DNA of 63,226 nt, counting the filler, from Squatina squatina (taxonomy: Eukaryota): NCBI GenBank assembly GCA_031763465.1. It is 4 parts of 4 records of this genome, joined end to end, with 100 filler letters (N's around TTAATTAATTAA, not from the genome) between each part and the next. Parts side by side here need not be neighbours in the genome. Positions count along the whole stretch, not along the records: positions 1 to 13,903 come from JARFOE010000073.1; positions 14,004 to 27,837 come from JARFOE010000168.1; 2 more parts are not named here. One strand, given 5' to 3'. The notes under the pieces were generated by a model that saw only the letters and a program-made list of their open reading frames with translations, ran no database searches and had not been told where the DNA came from. This document shows, piece after piece, positions 11,920-22,921 of the stretch (position 1 is the stretch's first letter; every line of letters starts with the position of its first letter). The position numbers were made by a program, and so were the translations under genes.

Positions 11920-13903
11920 NNNNNNNNNNNNNNNNNNNNNNNNNNNNNNNNNNNNNNNNNNNNNNNNNNNNNNNNNNNNNNNNNNNNNNNNNNNNNNNNN
12001 NNNNNNNNNNNNNNNNNNNGGCGGCGGCCCCCTGAAGAGCGCAAACGCCCGTGGATCCAGGACCCTTAGGTAAGTATGTAACTTTTTTTGCGATTGGAGG
12101 CATCTGCACACAGGAAGCCTCCAATCGCAATTTCAGGCCCATCGTTCACCTATTTTGACATTGTTGTGATTAATTGGGAGGTCAGTAGCAGCTGCACTGT
12201 GAGTAAGGCATAATCATTATCTATAATGCACTGTGGCTTGACAATAACTATTCATTTTATTATAAACTAGACAACTGTAATATTAGGCATGCTCCAGACA
12301 GCTGCTACTAGTTGTTCAAAAAGAATTAATAGTCCTGGACACTGAAATCTATTCATCCTTAAAATAAATGTAGTTAGAAAATTCTAATAAAACATATGAA
12401 TCTAAAATGATAGCTGCTGGATCTATATATGATTTGCACGTGCATAGTGTAGAAGGGTAGTAGTCTGCTTTATTATTTCTTTCAAGATTAGATTAAAAAA
12501 ATGAAATAATGAAGAAATTGAACACTGAAGTGAAGAATACGATTTATTTATTAAAATTCTATAAATTAGAAAACTTTTTTCATAGCCTTGCATTATTCTT
12601 AGTTATACAGAATTTCTAACCTTATATCTTTCTTAAAAAGATCTTTCTTCACTTTCTCAAATTTGCCTGAGCCAAGCACCCCTGTTGGCTGGGGGTCCTC
12701 AGCCTCTGCTGCTGACACTGTGAAATCAAAATGTAGCAGACAGCCAAGAGGAAACCTGGATCCCTCTGATTTTATGTGTCTGTGGGGAAGTAACTATCCT
12801 CTGCATATTGCTCCCCAGTAATCCACAATTTACTGGATCAAAAATCCTGGGCCCTGCCTTATCTGGTCTGATTTCCAACATTACAACAGTGACTAAACTG
12901 CAAAAGTGCTTCATTGGCTATAACGCGTTTTGGGATGTCCTGAGGTTGTGAAAGGTGCTATATAAACACAAGTCTTTCTTTTTTGATCTGCATGATCACA
13001 ATAACTTAAATGACTTTATACCTTTTTGTAGGCAGGTGAGAACTCAATATCTTCAGTACTGATCTGTGTAATACCTGCAGTCGATTATCACTTTCAATGT
13101 ATTGTATGAAGAAGTATAATACAGAAGAACTGAATAAAAAGTATTAATAGGTTAATTAGAAGTATTAAAGACATATTTAAAATCTTGTAAACATTTAAAA
13201 AATGTAAATATTTGGTTATTTAGAGTTAAGTGGTAAGTTCAGCATCTATTATTTTCTCACATATACTGTACAAGAGGTGCTAAAGTGACTGCCATTGATA
13301 TNNNNNNNNNNNNNNNNNNNNNNNNNNNNNNNNNNNNNNNNNNNNNNNNNNNNNNNNNNNNNNNNNNNNNNNNNNNNNNNNNNNNNNNNNNNNNNNNNNN
13401 NCTTTCCACTTTCCCATTTCAAACTAGATGTGGCATCTACATAATATTTTAACACTATAGTATTGAGCACTGGGGGGCAATTCAGTATTGTTGCTGACCT
13501 ACATAAAACCTTTATAAATAACAAAGAAAAACAGACGCCAACACAGATGCGGTGTCCAATTAACAGTTGCTGAGATGTGTTTGGGTGTAAAGTCATAATG
13601 GATTGTTGTCACTATTTGACTAATGAGTGACAGCAACAAGTGTTCCAGCTGAGATGGCTAGAGATGTTATAAAATTATTTCTATGATTTTACATTACTGT
13701 TTCATGACCAAGAGCTGCTGCATGAGTGGTCTGAGAATAAGCATCATCCTCCAGTGGTGCTGCTAATGCGGTTAACTGTGGGGCAACGTTACAATGCACT
13801 TACAGCAAACACCCGAGTGGAGTGTTTTTACATTATTAAATTTTAATGTTACTTTGCAATATAGTATGATTGCATCTGTAATTTTGGTGGCAAATTAATA
13901 CTA

Positions 13904-14003
13904 NNNNNNNNNNNNNNNNNNNNNNNNNNNNNNNNNNNNNNNNNNNNTTAATTAATTAANNNNNNNNNNNNNNNNNNNNNNNNNNNNNNNNNNNNNNNNN
14001 NNN
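13904..14003. other. Artificial scaffold spacer (44 N + TTAATTAATTAA + 44 N)
   Basis: Six-frame-stop palindrome at 13948-13959 centred in exactly 100 nt; identical construct at 27838-27937 and 50672-50771. Confidence 0.97.
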
Positions 14004-14830
14004 AACAACCTGCTAGCAGTTATATTCTTACATTCTACATAGTCCACATACCATTCAATGCAGAAACATACAAGGATATGGAAAAAGCTTTGGTGGCACC
14101 AATGTTCCCTATAATTTTTGTTGGCCCTTTAATGGGCTGTGTGGGTCATTCAAAGTTCCGTGCACACACGGCTTTTCTATTTAAAAGCCAGCTCACCAGC
14201 TGCGCGGGACCTTTAGAGTGCTGCAAGGCCACGCAGCTTAAAATGAACATTGCCACTGACACCGTCCAAAATCCCAGGGTGGGATCCATTTTAACACTTG
14301 GGGAAAGCTAGCCCGAGCCAGGCAAGGTACAGCAGAGACACCTACCCCTAAGTGATGCTGAAAAGTTGGAGTGGCACCCTGCCTCTTGGAGAGAGTGGAG
14401 CCAGATACCCTTAACGGGTTGAAGATGTAAGTGGGAAACAACTTATTGCCATTTTTGGGATGGAAGGAGGTTCCGTTAGGTGGAATGCTTGGGCATGCCT
14501 CAAAGGAGGCTGCAGAAAACCTATCATGATCAGGGGAGAACATTGAACAGTGAATCTCTGAATTACAGTTGTATGATATAAGGATGCCTTTGCAGCTACA
14601 GAGTCTTGGTATACTGCTCAGTCAGTGCTAATTACTGATACTTTCATCACTAAAATTTATATACTGCTGCTCTTTTCATTTTAGTGTGTTTTCTTTGCAC
14701 AGTCTGTACATTTGAACAAAACACCACAGCTTCAAAGGTGTCCCCACCCTTGCTTGACAGAATTTTTTTTTCCTAATGCGATGCACTGCAGTACTGATGG
14801 ATTTGGGTCCCCTTTCACAATCTTCTGCAG

Positions 14831-15006
14831 ATCAAGATGGAGACAAAAAGTTGACTGTATCGGAGTTCATTTCATTGCCTGTCGGCACAGTGGAAAACCA
14901 AGAGGCTCAAGACATTGATGATGATTGGGTCAAAGAAAGAAGAAAGGAGTTTGAGGAGGTTATTGATGCTGATCGCGATGGTATCGTCACAATGGAAGAG
15001 CTGGAG
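14831..15006 (+). CDS. SDF4: Stromal cell-derived factor 4 (Cab45), internal EF-hand exon
   Basis: TTCTGCAG|...|GTGGGT; 176 bp; (D)[58 protein letters not shown] contains two EF-hand loops and closely matches vertebrate SDF4. Confidence 0.93.
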
Positions 15007-15529
15007 GTGGGTACTTTCTTCAAACACCATTTAGCAATCATAAGAATGTTAAACCACAGCTTTTTTTTTGAACTTTTGTATTGAAAACATGAATGTTTGA
15101 GTTCAGCTGATTCTATGTAAAGTTACTCATTGTTGGAAGGGGTGGGGAGTTTGGCAGCCAGACACTAATCATAGATTTGGTGCATGGTCATGCTAGCATT
15201 TTAATTTTTGCCCTTTAAATTGATATATTGCTTCCTGTGCAATCCTTTCTTGTACCACCTCACAATCAACATTTGGGCCATCAATTTGTGTTCAATATTT
15301 GGAACCTCAAGTTNNNNNNNNNNNNNNNNNNNNNNNNNNNNNNNNNNNNNNNNNNNNNNNNNNNNNNNNNNNNNNNNNNNNNNNNNNNNNNNNNNNNNNN
15401 NNNNNNNNNNNNNTTTTGATAGTTTTAAAATCAGCATACTGTAGGTGAAAATACAAAAATGGATATTTTTCTCTGCTTCTTTTGTAATAACAGCTTGTTT
15501 TATGAAAATGCTATCTGTTTTTGATACAG

Positions 15530-15673
15530 AAAATGGCGCAGAATATGAAAAGATGTGTGACCCCAAATCTAATGCTAAATGCAAGTGTCAACCCGACTAT
15601 TTACCAGTATTGTCTAACAACTACATGGGAAAATGTAGCAAATTATGTGATAAAGGCAAGCAACTGAAAAAAG
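15530..15673 (+). CDS. TNF-receptor superfamily cysteine-rich-domain exon (TNFRSF4/TNFRSF9/TNFRSF18-like)
   Basis: TTTTTGATACAG|...G|GTAACA; 144 bp, phase 1-1; (E)NGAEYEKMCDPKSNAKCKCQPDYLPVLSNNYMGKCSKLCDKGKQLKK(G) has the C-x3-SNAxCxC...CxxGxxL pattern of TNFR CRDs. Confidence 0.7.
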
Positions 15674-17084
15674 GTAACAAACTATTAACATTTAATAAAC
15701 TGTAGTGCAACAAAAAATCACAGTAAGAGTCATCTGCATTACCAGGCCAGGTGTCTCCTATAGCACCAGCATTAATAAGGCAAACTTGGTCAATACCCCT
15801 TGTACCTCAACCATTCTCTCCCGAGCAGCCACAGCCTTGTTGTTTCTACCCCCTCTTTTTCTATTCACACTGCTGACTTATCTGTAACTCAGCGGTAAAG
15901 CGGACTTTAGACCCACACAACCTCTTGGCAGCCTAGAGGTAGACCACCAAAGAGANNNNNNNNNNTCGATCCCAGATAGCTGTGAATCACTTGCAAATTT
16001 CACGGGTCTTTGGTAGATAATCTCTCGGGCTCAGTGTCACTGGTCACTCCTGCAAGTAGGTCTCATTTGACCTGTCTGGTCACAAATGCACCTTTACTGC
16101 CCATTCGCTATATTTTCATATACCAACAGTAGCGATATCTGTATTTTGAAATAGAGTACCTCACTAACAGAAAATTCAGCTGTTTCCAGGTAGATTTTAA
16201 GCAACTTAGGTAACGTTTTGAGAATAGGGGCCTAAATTAAGATAAACTGCAATTTGAACCATTCCAACTGTTCATTTCATTGAAACCAGAAAATGACCTA
16301 ACTCCATCTCCAGCATTTACAAGGTAACCACGAAAATCAAAGCCTCTACCTGTTCTATTGAGTACAATTTATGTACACTTGAGATACTTAAATGGGAAGT
16401 GTGAATTGTTAGACAATCCTAAATATAGTGGAAAGCTATCTCTTAGTTACTCCTTATTCACTGGAGGCAGCATGAGAATAGGCCTTTCTGTAAAACTCCC
16501 CCTGATGTGACAATGTGAAACTCTTGTTGCAATGACATAATGAATGCGAATGTTCCCATAGCCAACTATTCCCATTCAGGATGTCTTTGGATGATCATCA
16601 ATAATTGGTTATGATATGCTGACAGGAATACATTTACAATGGACCATGACCAGCAAATGCCAGATTGTGCTTATGTCTGGAATGGAAACATCTCAAATGC
16701 AAGGGACTCCATCTGACAGGCAACTAACTAGCAACATTGCCTGTAAACTGGAAAGCTGCCTCTCTCCAACACTGACTGTTAAAAGGGCATTAAAAAACAT
16801 TTGGGCCAAAGATTTTGTTTGGAGAGCGACAGCCTCATGTGTCAATTTTATTGTGATGTTAAGTGAAAGGGATTTACATCATCACATCACGTGCTTGCAA
16901 ATAAACAAGCAACAGTTTGCCATGCTTTTTTTTTTCATTTCATTCCTTTATACAGAATTGATCATTAAAATCAGCAGAAAATGGTGGAGGAAGGCACAAT
17001 GATGTTACAGTGAATATAATTCTTTGTAATTGCTTTTTTGAAAGAAGTGAAAAAGTGGCAAAATTCATGCTTTAAGCTTACTTA

Positions 17085-17414
17085 AGAACATAAGAAATAA
17101 GAGCAGGAGTAGGCCATTCAGCCCTTCGAGCCTGCTCCACAATTCAATAAGATCACAGCTGATCTTCTACCTCAACTCCACTTTCCTGCACTACACCCAT
17201 ATCCCACGGTTCCCTTAATATCCAAAAACCTATTGATCTCTGTCTTGAACATACTCGACTGAGCTTCCAGAGCCCTCTGGGGTAGACAATTTCAAAGATT
17301 CACCACCCTCTGAGTGAAGAAATTTCTCCTCATCTCAGGCCTAAATGGCTGATCCCTTATTCTGAGACTGTGACCCCTGGTTCTAGACTCCCCAGTTTGG
17401 GGAAACATCCTCCC
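17085..17414 (-). mobile_element. CR1-clade LINE 3' end
   Basis: AAGAACATAAGAAATAAGAGCAGGAGTAGGCCATTCAGCCC... is the reverse complement of the CR1 3'UTR and tail also seen at about 21020, 34531 and 42813. Confidence 0.85.
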
Positions 17415-17558
17415 NNNNNNNNNNNNNNNNNNNNNNNNNNNNNNNNNNNNNNNNNNNNNNNNNNNNNNNNNNNNNNNNNNNNNNNNNNNNNNNNNNNNNN
17501 NNNNNNNNNNNNNNCCGGTCTGTGTCTCTCTCGATGTTGATGACGGCGGGGCGACCCC

Positions 17559-19014
17559 TCAATCCCCGGAGACCGGCGACGGGGCCACGCTGCTCTCCGG
17601 CACCTCCCGCTCCCGGTGCACAGTCTGGTGGGTCTGCAGGTTGGCCCACTGCCGGAAACTGTCGCCGCAGACATCGCAGATGAAGGAGTTGGCTGGCTGG
17701 GGCAGAGTCTGGGTCTGGGGCAGGGGCAGGGGCTGGGGCTGGGCCTCCCCCGCGAGCCCTGGCTCACTGCGGTGCAGCTGCATGTGCCAGTGAAGGTAGT
17801 GCAGACGCGTGAATCCCTTCTTGCAGACGGGGCACGTGTAGGCCTCGGGCAGGCTGTGGCAGCGCTGGTGGAACTGGAGCCGCCTCCTCTGGGTGAAGCA
17901 GCACCCACAGGTGCCGCAGCGGAAGGGCCGCTCGCCCGAGTGAGTGCGGCCATGCACCTTGAGCTCGCCGGGGCTCTTGAAGCCCTTGCCGCATTGCAGG
18001 CAGCGGTAGGGCCGGTCGTCAGAGTGTGTGCGGTAGTGCACCTGCATGGTGGAGGTCTGCCGGAAGGCCTTGGCACAAATGGGGCAGGTGTATGGCCTCT
18101 CGCCTGTGTGCGTGCGCTGGTGCCGCACCAATGTCGAGCGCTGGCTGAAGCCCCTGCCGCAGGTTTCGCAGCTGAAGGGTGGCTCGCCAGCGTGGACTCG
18201 GCGGTGAGCCAGCAGGCGGGCTGGGTCGCCGAAGCTCAGGCCGCAGAGCGGGCAGGCGAGGGCCGGCCGCTGCTCGCCATCGCTGCCGCGGTGCGTGCGG
18301 CGGTGGGTGGCCAGGTGGTGGGCGTGGAGGAAGCGGCGGGCGCACACCTCGCAGGCAAAGCGCCGCTCGCCGCCGTGGATGCGCCGGTGCTTGGAGAGGT
18401 TGGAGGCAGTCTTGAAGGCCTTGGCGCAGTGGGGGCAGCAGTAGGGCCGCTCCTCTGNNNNNNNNNNNNNNNNNNNNNNNNNNNNNNNNNNNNNNNNNNN
18501 NNNNNNNNNNNNNNNNNNNNNNNNNNNNNNNNNNNNNNNNNNNNNNNNNNNNNNNNNTCTGCGTGGATGCGGCGGTGCACCAGCATGGTGGAGGACTGGC
18601 GGAAGGCCTTGCCACACACCGGGCACGGGTAGGGCTTCTCGCCGGTGTGGGTGCGCTGGTGGGTGACCAGGTGGTGCAGCTGGACAAACTCCTTGCCGCA
18701 TGCCCGGCACTTGTACTGCTTCTCGCCGCTGTGCACCAGCTGGTGGATCAGCAGGTTGTAGGAGGTGCTGAAGCGCTTGCCGCAGGCCGGGCACCGGAAC
18801 GGCCGCTCCCCAGTGTGCACCCGGCCGTGCCGCTTCAGGTCGCAGTGCCGCTTGAAGCTCTTCCCACACTCTGTGCAGATGAAACGCTTTTGGCCATAGT
18901 GGCGGGGATACTTGCGCGGCACAGATGCGGGCGGAGCAGTCCCGGCTTCAACAGCCTCTACAGGAGGAGGATCAGACTCCGATCGCTGCACCGTCTCCAT
19001 CAGGCTGTCCACTC
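17559..19014 (-). CDS. C2H2 zinc-finger protein, large terminal exon with 13 fingers (split by a 100-N gap)
   Basis: Acceptor TAACTAATAATTTGCTGTGTTGTAG|G at 19015; in-frame ATG at 19000; 4 fingers before and 9 after the gap with TGEKPY/SGERPF-type linkers; TGA at 17559-17561; strongly GC-rich. Confidence 0.92.
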
Positions 19015-20382
19015 CTACAACACAGCAAATTATTAGTTACACGTCACAACTCCCACTCAATTAAAAAAGGCGAATGCATTCAAATTCAACACAAGTTCAA
19101 CTACTGGGGAAATATCAATGCACTACCAACTGGTGTTTCTCAGTCCCTTTCCTTTAGAAGGAGATCGAATAGAAGCAAAACGAGAGACAGTTAGTACAGA
19201 GCAGGCCTATTTTGATGGACCAGTAAAGGTGACACTAAGTTGTCCCCGTGGCATCAAACAAAGAGCAGCGCAAGTGTCCCTTTTCGTGCACCACTTACAC
19301 AATAGTCCAATCAAACTAAAAGATGCTGAACTTAAGTAGTAAAGTCTCAACAAAAGCGAAGGGAACCATCACAACTAAATCAGGATATTGTCATCAGTGG
19401 CTGTGAGACACTATCCTTCGGTGCTCAGAGGTCACTAAAGTAAAAACGGGGATGGTCTCTGTTGAAGAAAGTTTACCTGCGATGTCAAATGTCAGTGTCA
19501 AATTTGTCGATCACAATAGAAACGAACAACATTTTACATTCCACAAAACCGTTTATTCAGAGTGTGTTTATGCTGCCACTCATGCATTGCTGACAGTTTC
19601 TACTTTGCACAGATTCTAAAGCAGAGTACAAATCTGGAATTAGGATCCAACCCAACGAGAGAAAGTTGGTNNNNNNNNNNNNNNNNNNNNNNNNNNNNNN
19701 NNNNNNNNNNNNNNNNNNNNNNNNNNNNNNNNNNNNNNNNNNNNNNNNNNNNNNNNNNNNNNNNNNNNNNACTGGAAGAATGAAGGGGAAAGTTAGCAGA
19801 ACCTTTTCACACACAGACGTTACACAAGCAGCTATTGAGGTGGAGATGATAATCATTTGAAAAAAAGGAATTGAATAAATATTTGAGAAGGATGTTTGTG
19901 AAAGGATACTGGAAGAGGGCAGGAGAATGTGATTAGGATAGCTCCAGTTAAAGTGCCAAGAGCTGTAGATTTGAAGATTCCACTGCTTGTTTAGTGCCAA
20001 TTGTGGGTGTTTTGTGGAGTAATTGTGGATATATATTGAAACTCTCATTGGTAAATCTGATTATTGAGCTGTTGAAAAAATTGATTTTAAGATTATCAAA
20101 GTGATATGGAGGGCTATTCTTCCTCTAGCCTTCAGTACATGCAGGCACTCTTTTCACCCCTCTCCCCAGTACACAGAGACACTCTCTGCTCCCCTCCTCT
20201 CCCCTTCCCTTTATTTATATGTGGGAGACAGCCAACATCTGAGCCAAGAAATCTCTCCTGATGCTTTTCACTGATATTTTCTGCTTTAAACTTAACAGAT
20301 CTCTTTTACCAAATTTAGGATGAGTGGCTGATTTCATCACTGAAATTTCATAAGCACCTTGTGCAGGGAAACCTGGTTGCAA

Positions 20383-20410
20383 ATGCCTGAAATAAAAGTC
20401 ACACCTTTGG
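20383..20410 (+). CDS. INTS11: Integrator complex subunit 11 (CPSF3L), first coding exon MPEIKVTPL(G)
   Basis: ATG at 20383, 28 coding nt, donor G|GTAAGA; matches the INTS11 N-terminus. Confidence 0.93.
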
Positions 20411-20495
20411 GTAAGAACTCAGATATTAAACTGATTTAAGGGATGCAATCCTTAATACAAAGAGCTCACATAATCACAAGTCCTTGCTTTTTCAG

Positions 20496-20593
20496 GGGCA
20501 GGTCAGGATGTGGGCCGTAGCTGTATACTGGTCTCAATTGGTGGGAAAAACGTGATGCTGGATTGTGGAATGCACATGGGATATAATGATGAT
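20496..20593 (+). CDS. INTS11: INTS11 coding exon 2 ([33 protein letters not shown])
   Basis: TTTTTCAG|...|GTAAGT; 98 bp; metallo-beta-lactamase motif 1 (MLDCG). Confidence 0.96.
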
Positions 20594-21019
20594 GTAAGTA
20601 AATGTCATTATTAAATAATAGAAAAATATGAGAAAGTAGCATTGGTTGAGCAATTATTAAATAAAGGAATAGTCTGGTAATTGTTTTAAGATCTGAGGCA
20701 ATACTGGGTTCATACAGTTTATTTTTTTTCTTGTCAATTTTCTTCCCTCCACACTTCGTCTAAAGATATAAGCCCTGAAATTCTCATGTCGATGCTCCAC
20801 CAGTAGAAGTGCTGCATGGCAGGGTTCTCAGCCACCTGCGGCCTAAGATGTCCCAAATCACTGGGGAAAGGGTCATTTCCATAATTGAGACAGGTGGCCT
20901 GTGTGACAGGTGCGTTAAAGGTGCCCATCCCGCTGTGCTGACAATATAGACTGAGGCCTGGGAAAGGCCCTCAGTTTTTGTTCACTTGGCTGACTTGTGT
21001 TTCGATAGGCCTAGGGAGA

Positions 21020-21165
21020 GCACAAGAAATAGGAGCAGGAGTAGGCCATACGGCCACTCGAGCCTGTTCCGCCATTCAATAAGAGCATGGCTGATCTTCT
21101 ATCTGCACTCCACCTTCCCGCCCTATCCCCATATCCCTTGATTCTCTTAGTGTCCGAAAATGTAT
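21020..21165 (-). mobile_element. CR1 LINE 3' end in INTS11 intron 2
   Basis: AAGAAATAGGAGCAGGAGTAGGCCATACGGCC...CCCCATATCCCTTGATTC; minus frame ends IKGYGDRAGRWS. Confidence 0.85.
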
Positions 21166-21232
21166 CGCTAACCGGGAACTCCCGCCGGTACTTCCCTCTC
21201 CCCACATCCCAAAGAAAAACTGTCTTTATTGT

Positions 21233-21236
21233 CCGC

Positions 21237-21271
<35 letters not shown>

Positions 21272-21605
21272 CGAAGGTTGTGGATTCAAATCCCACTCCA
21301 GGAACTTGAGCACAAAAAATCTAGGCTGACACTCCAGTGCAGTAATGAGGGAGTGTTGTACTGTTGGAGGTGCCGTCTTTCGGATGAGACGTTAAACCGA
21401 GGCCCCATCTGCCTTCAGGTGGATGTAAAAGATCCCACGGCCACTATTGGAAGTGCAGGAGGAAGTTCTCCCCGGTGTCCTGGACCAAAATTTATCCTTC
21501 AAAAATCAACATCTACAACACATCATGTTTGTGGGAGCTTGCTGTGCACAAATTGGCTGCCACATTTCCTACATTACAACAGTGACTACACTTGGAAAAA
21601 GTACC
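21233..21605 (+). mobile_element. Near-full-length tRNA-derived Deu-domain SINE (SacSINE1-like)
   Basis: Pol III A box TGGCTCAGTGGG, B box GGATTCAAATCC, Deu core GGATGAGACGTTAAACCGAGGCCCC...GTAAAAGATCCC, tail TGCTGTGCACAAATTGGCTGCC...ACAACAGTGACTACAC. Confidence 0.88.
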
Positions 21606-21864
21606 TAAGGGGAACGATAGGGTAGATAATGAGAAACTTTCTGCTCTTTGGTGAATTCTAAGGCTACAAGGCAGTCTAAAAAGAGCCAGGACTTTCAGGA
21701 GTGAAATTATACACAAAGGGTGTTAGAAGTGTGGAACTCTTCCACAAATGGCCGTTGATGCTAGNNNNNNNNNNNNNNNNNNNNNNNNNNNNNNNNNNNN
21801 NNNNNNNNNNNNNNNNNNNNNNNNNNNNNNNNNNNNNNNNNNNNNNNNNNNNNNNNNNNNNNNN

Positions 21865-21955
21865 AATACTCCAGGTGCGGTCTCACCAAGGCCCTGTACA
21901 ACTGCAGTAGGACCTCCCTGCTCCTATACTCAAATCCTCTCACTATGAAATTTGA
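21865..21955 (-). mobile_element. CR1 LINE RT fragment
   Basis: FIVRGFEYRSREVLLQLYRALVRPHLEY, the conserved CR1 ORF2 C-terminal motif. Confidence 0.9.
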
Positions 21956-22096
21956 GATTGATGACAGCATCTAGCCTTATGTTATACCTAAAGCAATTCA
22001 TGTAGCCCTGCAGTTTAACCTTCATCCCCATCTGAACACTCACCTCTGACCTCAAAAGATTGCCATAAATTGCTTTTCTTTGTTGGGCAGGGAGTC

Positions 22097-22320
22097 TTTT
22101 TTTTGGGTAAAACAAATTAAAATACGGTGACAAATTAAACTTTAAACAAATAAACATTAAACTACACAAAAAACCCCGGTGCTTAAATTAAAACCCTGTT
22201 GTCCCCAGCGATGACGCACTCCAGTCCCCCCGGCGCCCACCAGTCGCGGAAGGCCGCAAGCGTACCGGCGGACACCGCGTGCTCCATCTCCAGGGACACC
22301 CAGGCGCGAAACAGGGACAT
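22097..22320 (-). mobile_element. Tx1-clade LINE, 5'-truncated 3' end with poly(A)
   Basis: Minus frame FRAWVSLEMEHAVSAGTLAAFRDWWAPGGLECVIAGDNRVLI* resembles Tx1 ORF2 C-termini; short 3'UTR; T run at 22097-22105; CpGs retained. Confidence 0.75.
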
Positions 22321-22426
22321 TTAAGGCCAATTATTGCTCTCCAGCTGCTGTAGTGGCACAGCCTGGGAGTTGAACCAGAATGGCTGTTGCACCAGTTTGT
22401 GATTTATTGCTTGTTATTTATTCCAG

Positions 22427-22501
22427 AGACGCTTTCCTGATTTCTCTTCCATAACTCAAAATGGAAGACTGACAGAATTTCTCGACTGCAATTCTCATTA
22501 A
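22427..22501 (+). pseudogene. INTS11: Truncated duplicate of INTS11 exon 3 (pseudo-exon) [24 protein letters not shown]
   Basis: Near-identical acceptor (TTGCTTGTTATTTATTCCAG) and first 62 nt compared with the true exon 3 at 22848; diverges after CTCGACTG (22488); TAA at 22499-22501. Confidence 0.9.
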
Positions 22502-22847
22502 GAGAGTGAGGAGAGCGGTCAGAGGAAATGTCTTTATGCAGTAGGTTGTTGGAGCATGGAATGCTTTTCCCCAAGAAGTAGGAAAGCATCATTGCATCTT
22601 TTAACAGAAAGTTGGATAAACCTTTGAAGCAGTGCAATATGTAGGACAGTGGGGAGAGACCAGGGCAGAGAGATTAGTAAAGAGCCAGCAGGCATGATGG
22701 ACCAAATTGCCTCCTTCCCGGCTGTAAACTCCCCAATTGTTGCTCCCCACCTGCTGTAGTGGCACAGACTGGAAGTCAAACCAGAACTTTCCTGGTGTGT
22801 ACGGTTCTGTATAGTAGTTTGTGATTTATTGCTTGTTATTATTCCAG

Positions 22848-22921
22848 AGACGTTTTCCTGATTTCTCTTACATAACTCAGAATGGAAGACTGACAGAATT
22901 TCTCGACTGTGTCATCATCAG
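22848..22921 (+). CDS. INTS11: INTS11 coding exon 3 ([24 protein letters not shown](S))
   Basis: TTATTCCAG|...AG|GTAAAT; 74 bp; in frame with exons 2 and 4. Confidence 0.96.

Noticed and set aside
13948-13959. TTAATTAATTAA palindrome repeated three times, as a regulatory or CRISPR-like repeat
   Set aside because: Always centred in exactly 44+44 Ns and stops all six frames: a synthetic concatenation linker.
17357-19036. Overlapping antisense and alternative-frame ORFs (for example 17616-18632 +, 338 aa)
   Set aside because: Shadow ORFs expected from a very GC-rich, repetitive zinc-finger exon; no domain signal.
21233-21305. tRNA gene
   Set aside because: A and B boxes are present but continue into the Deu-domain SINE body; it is a SINE head.
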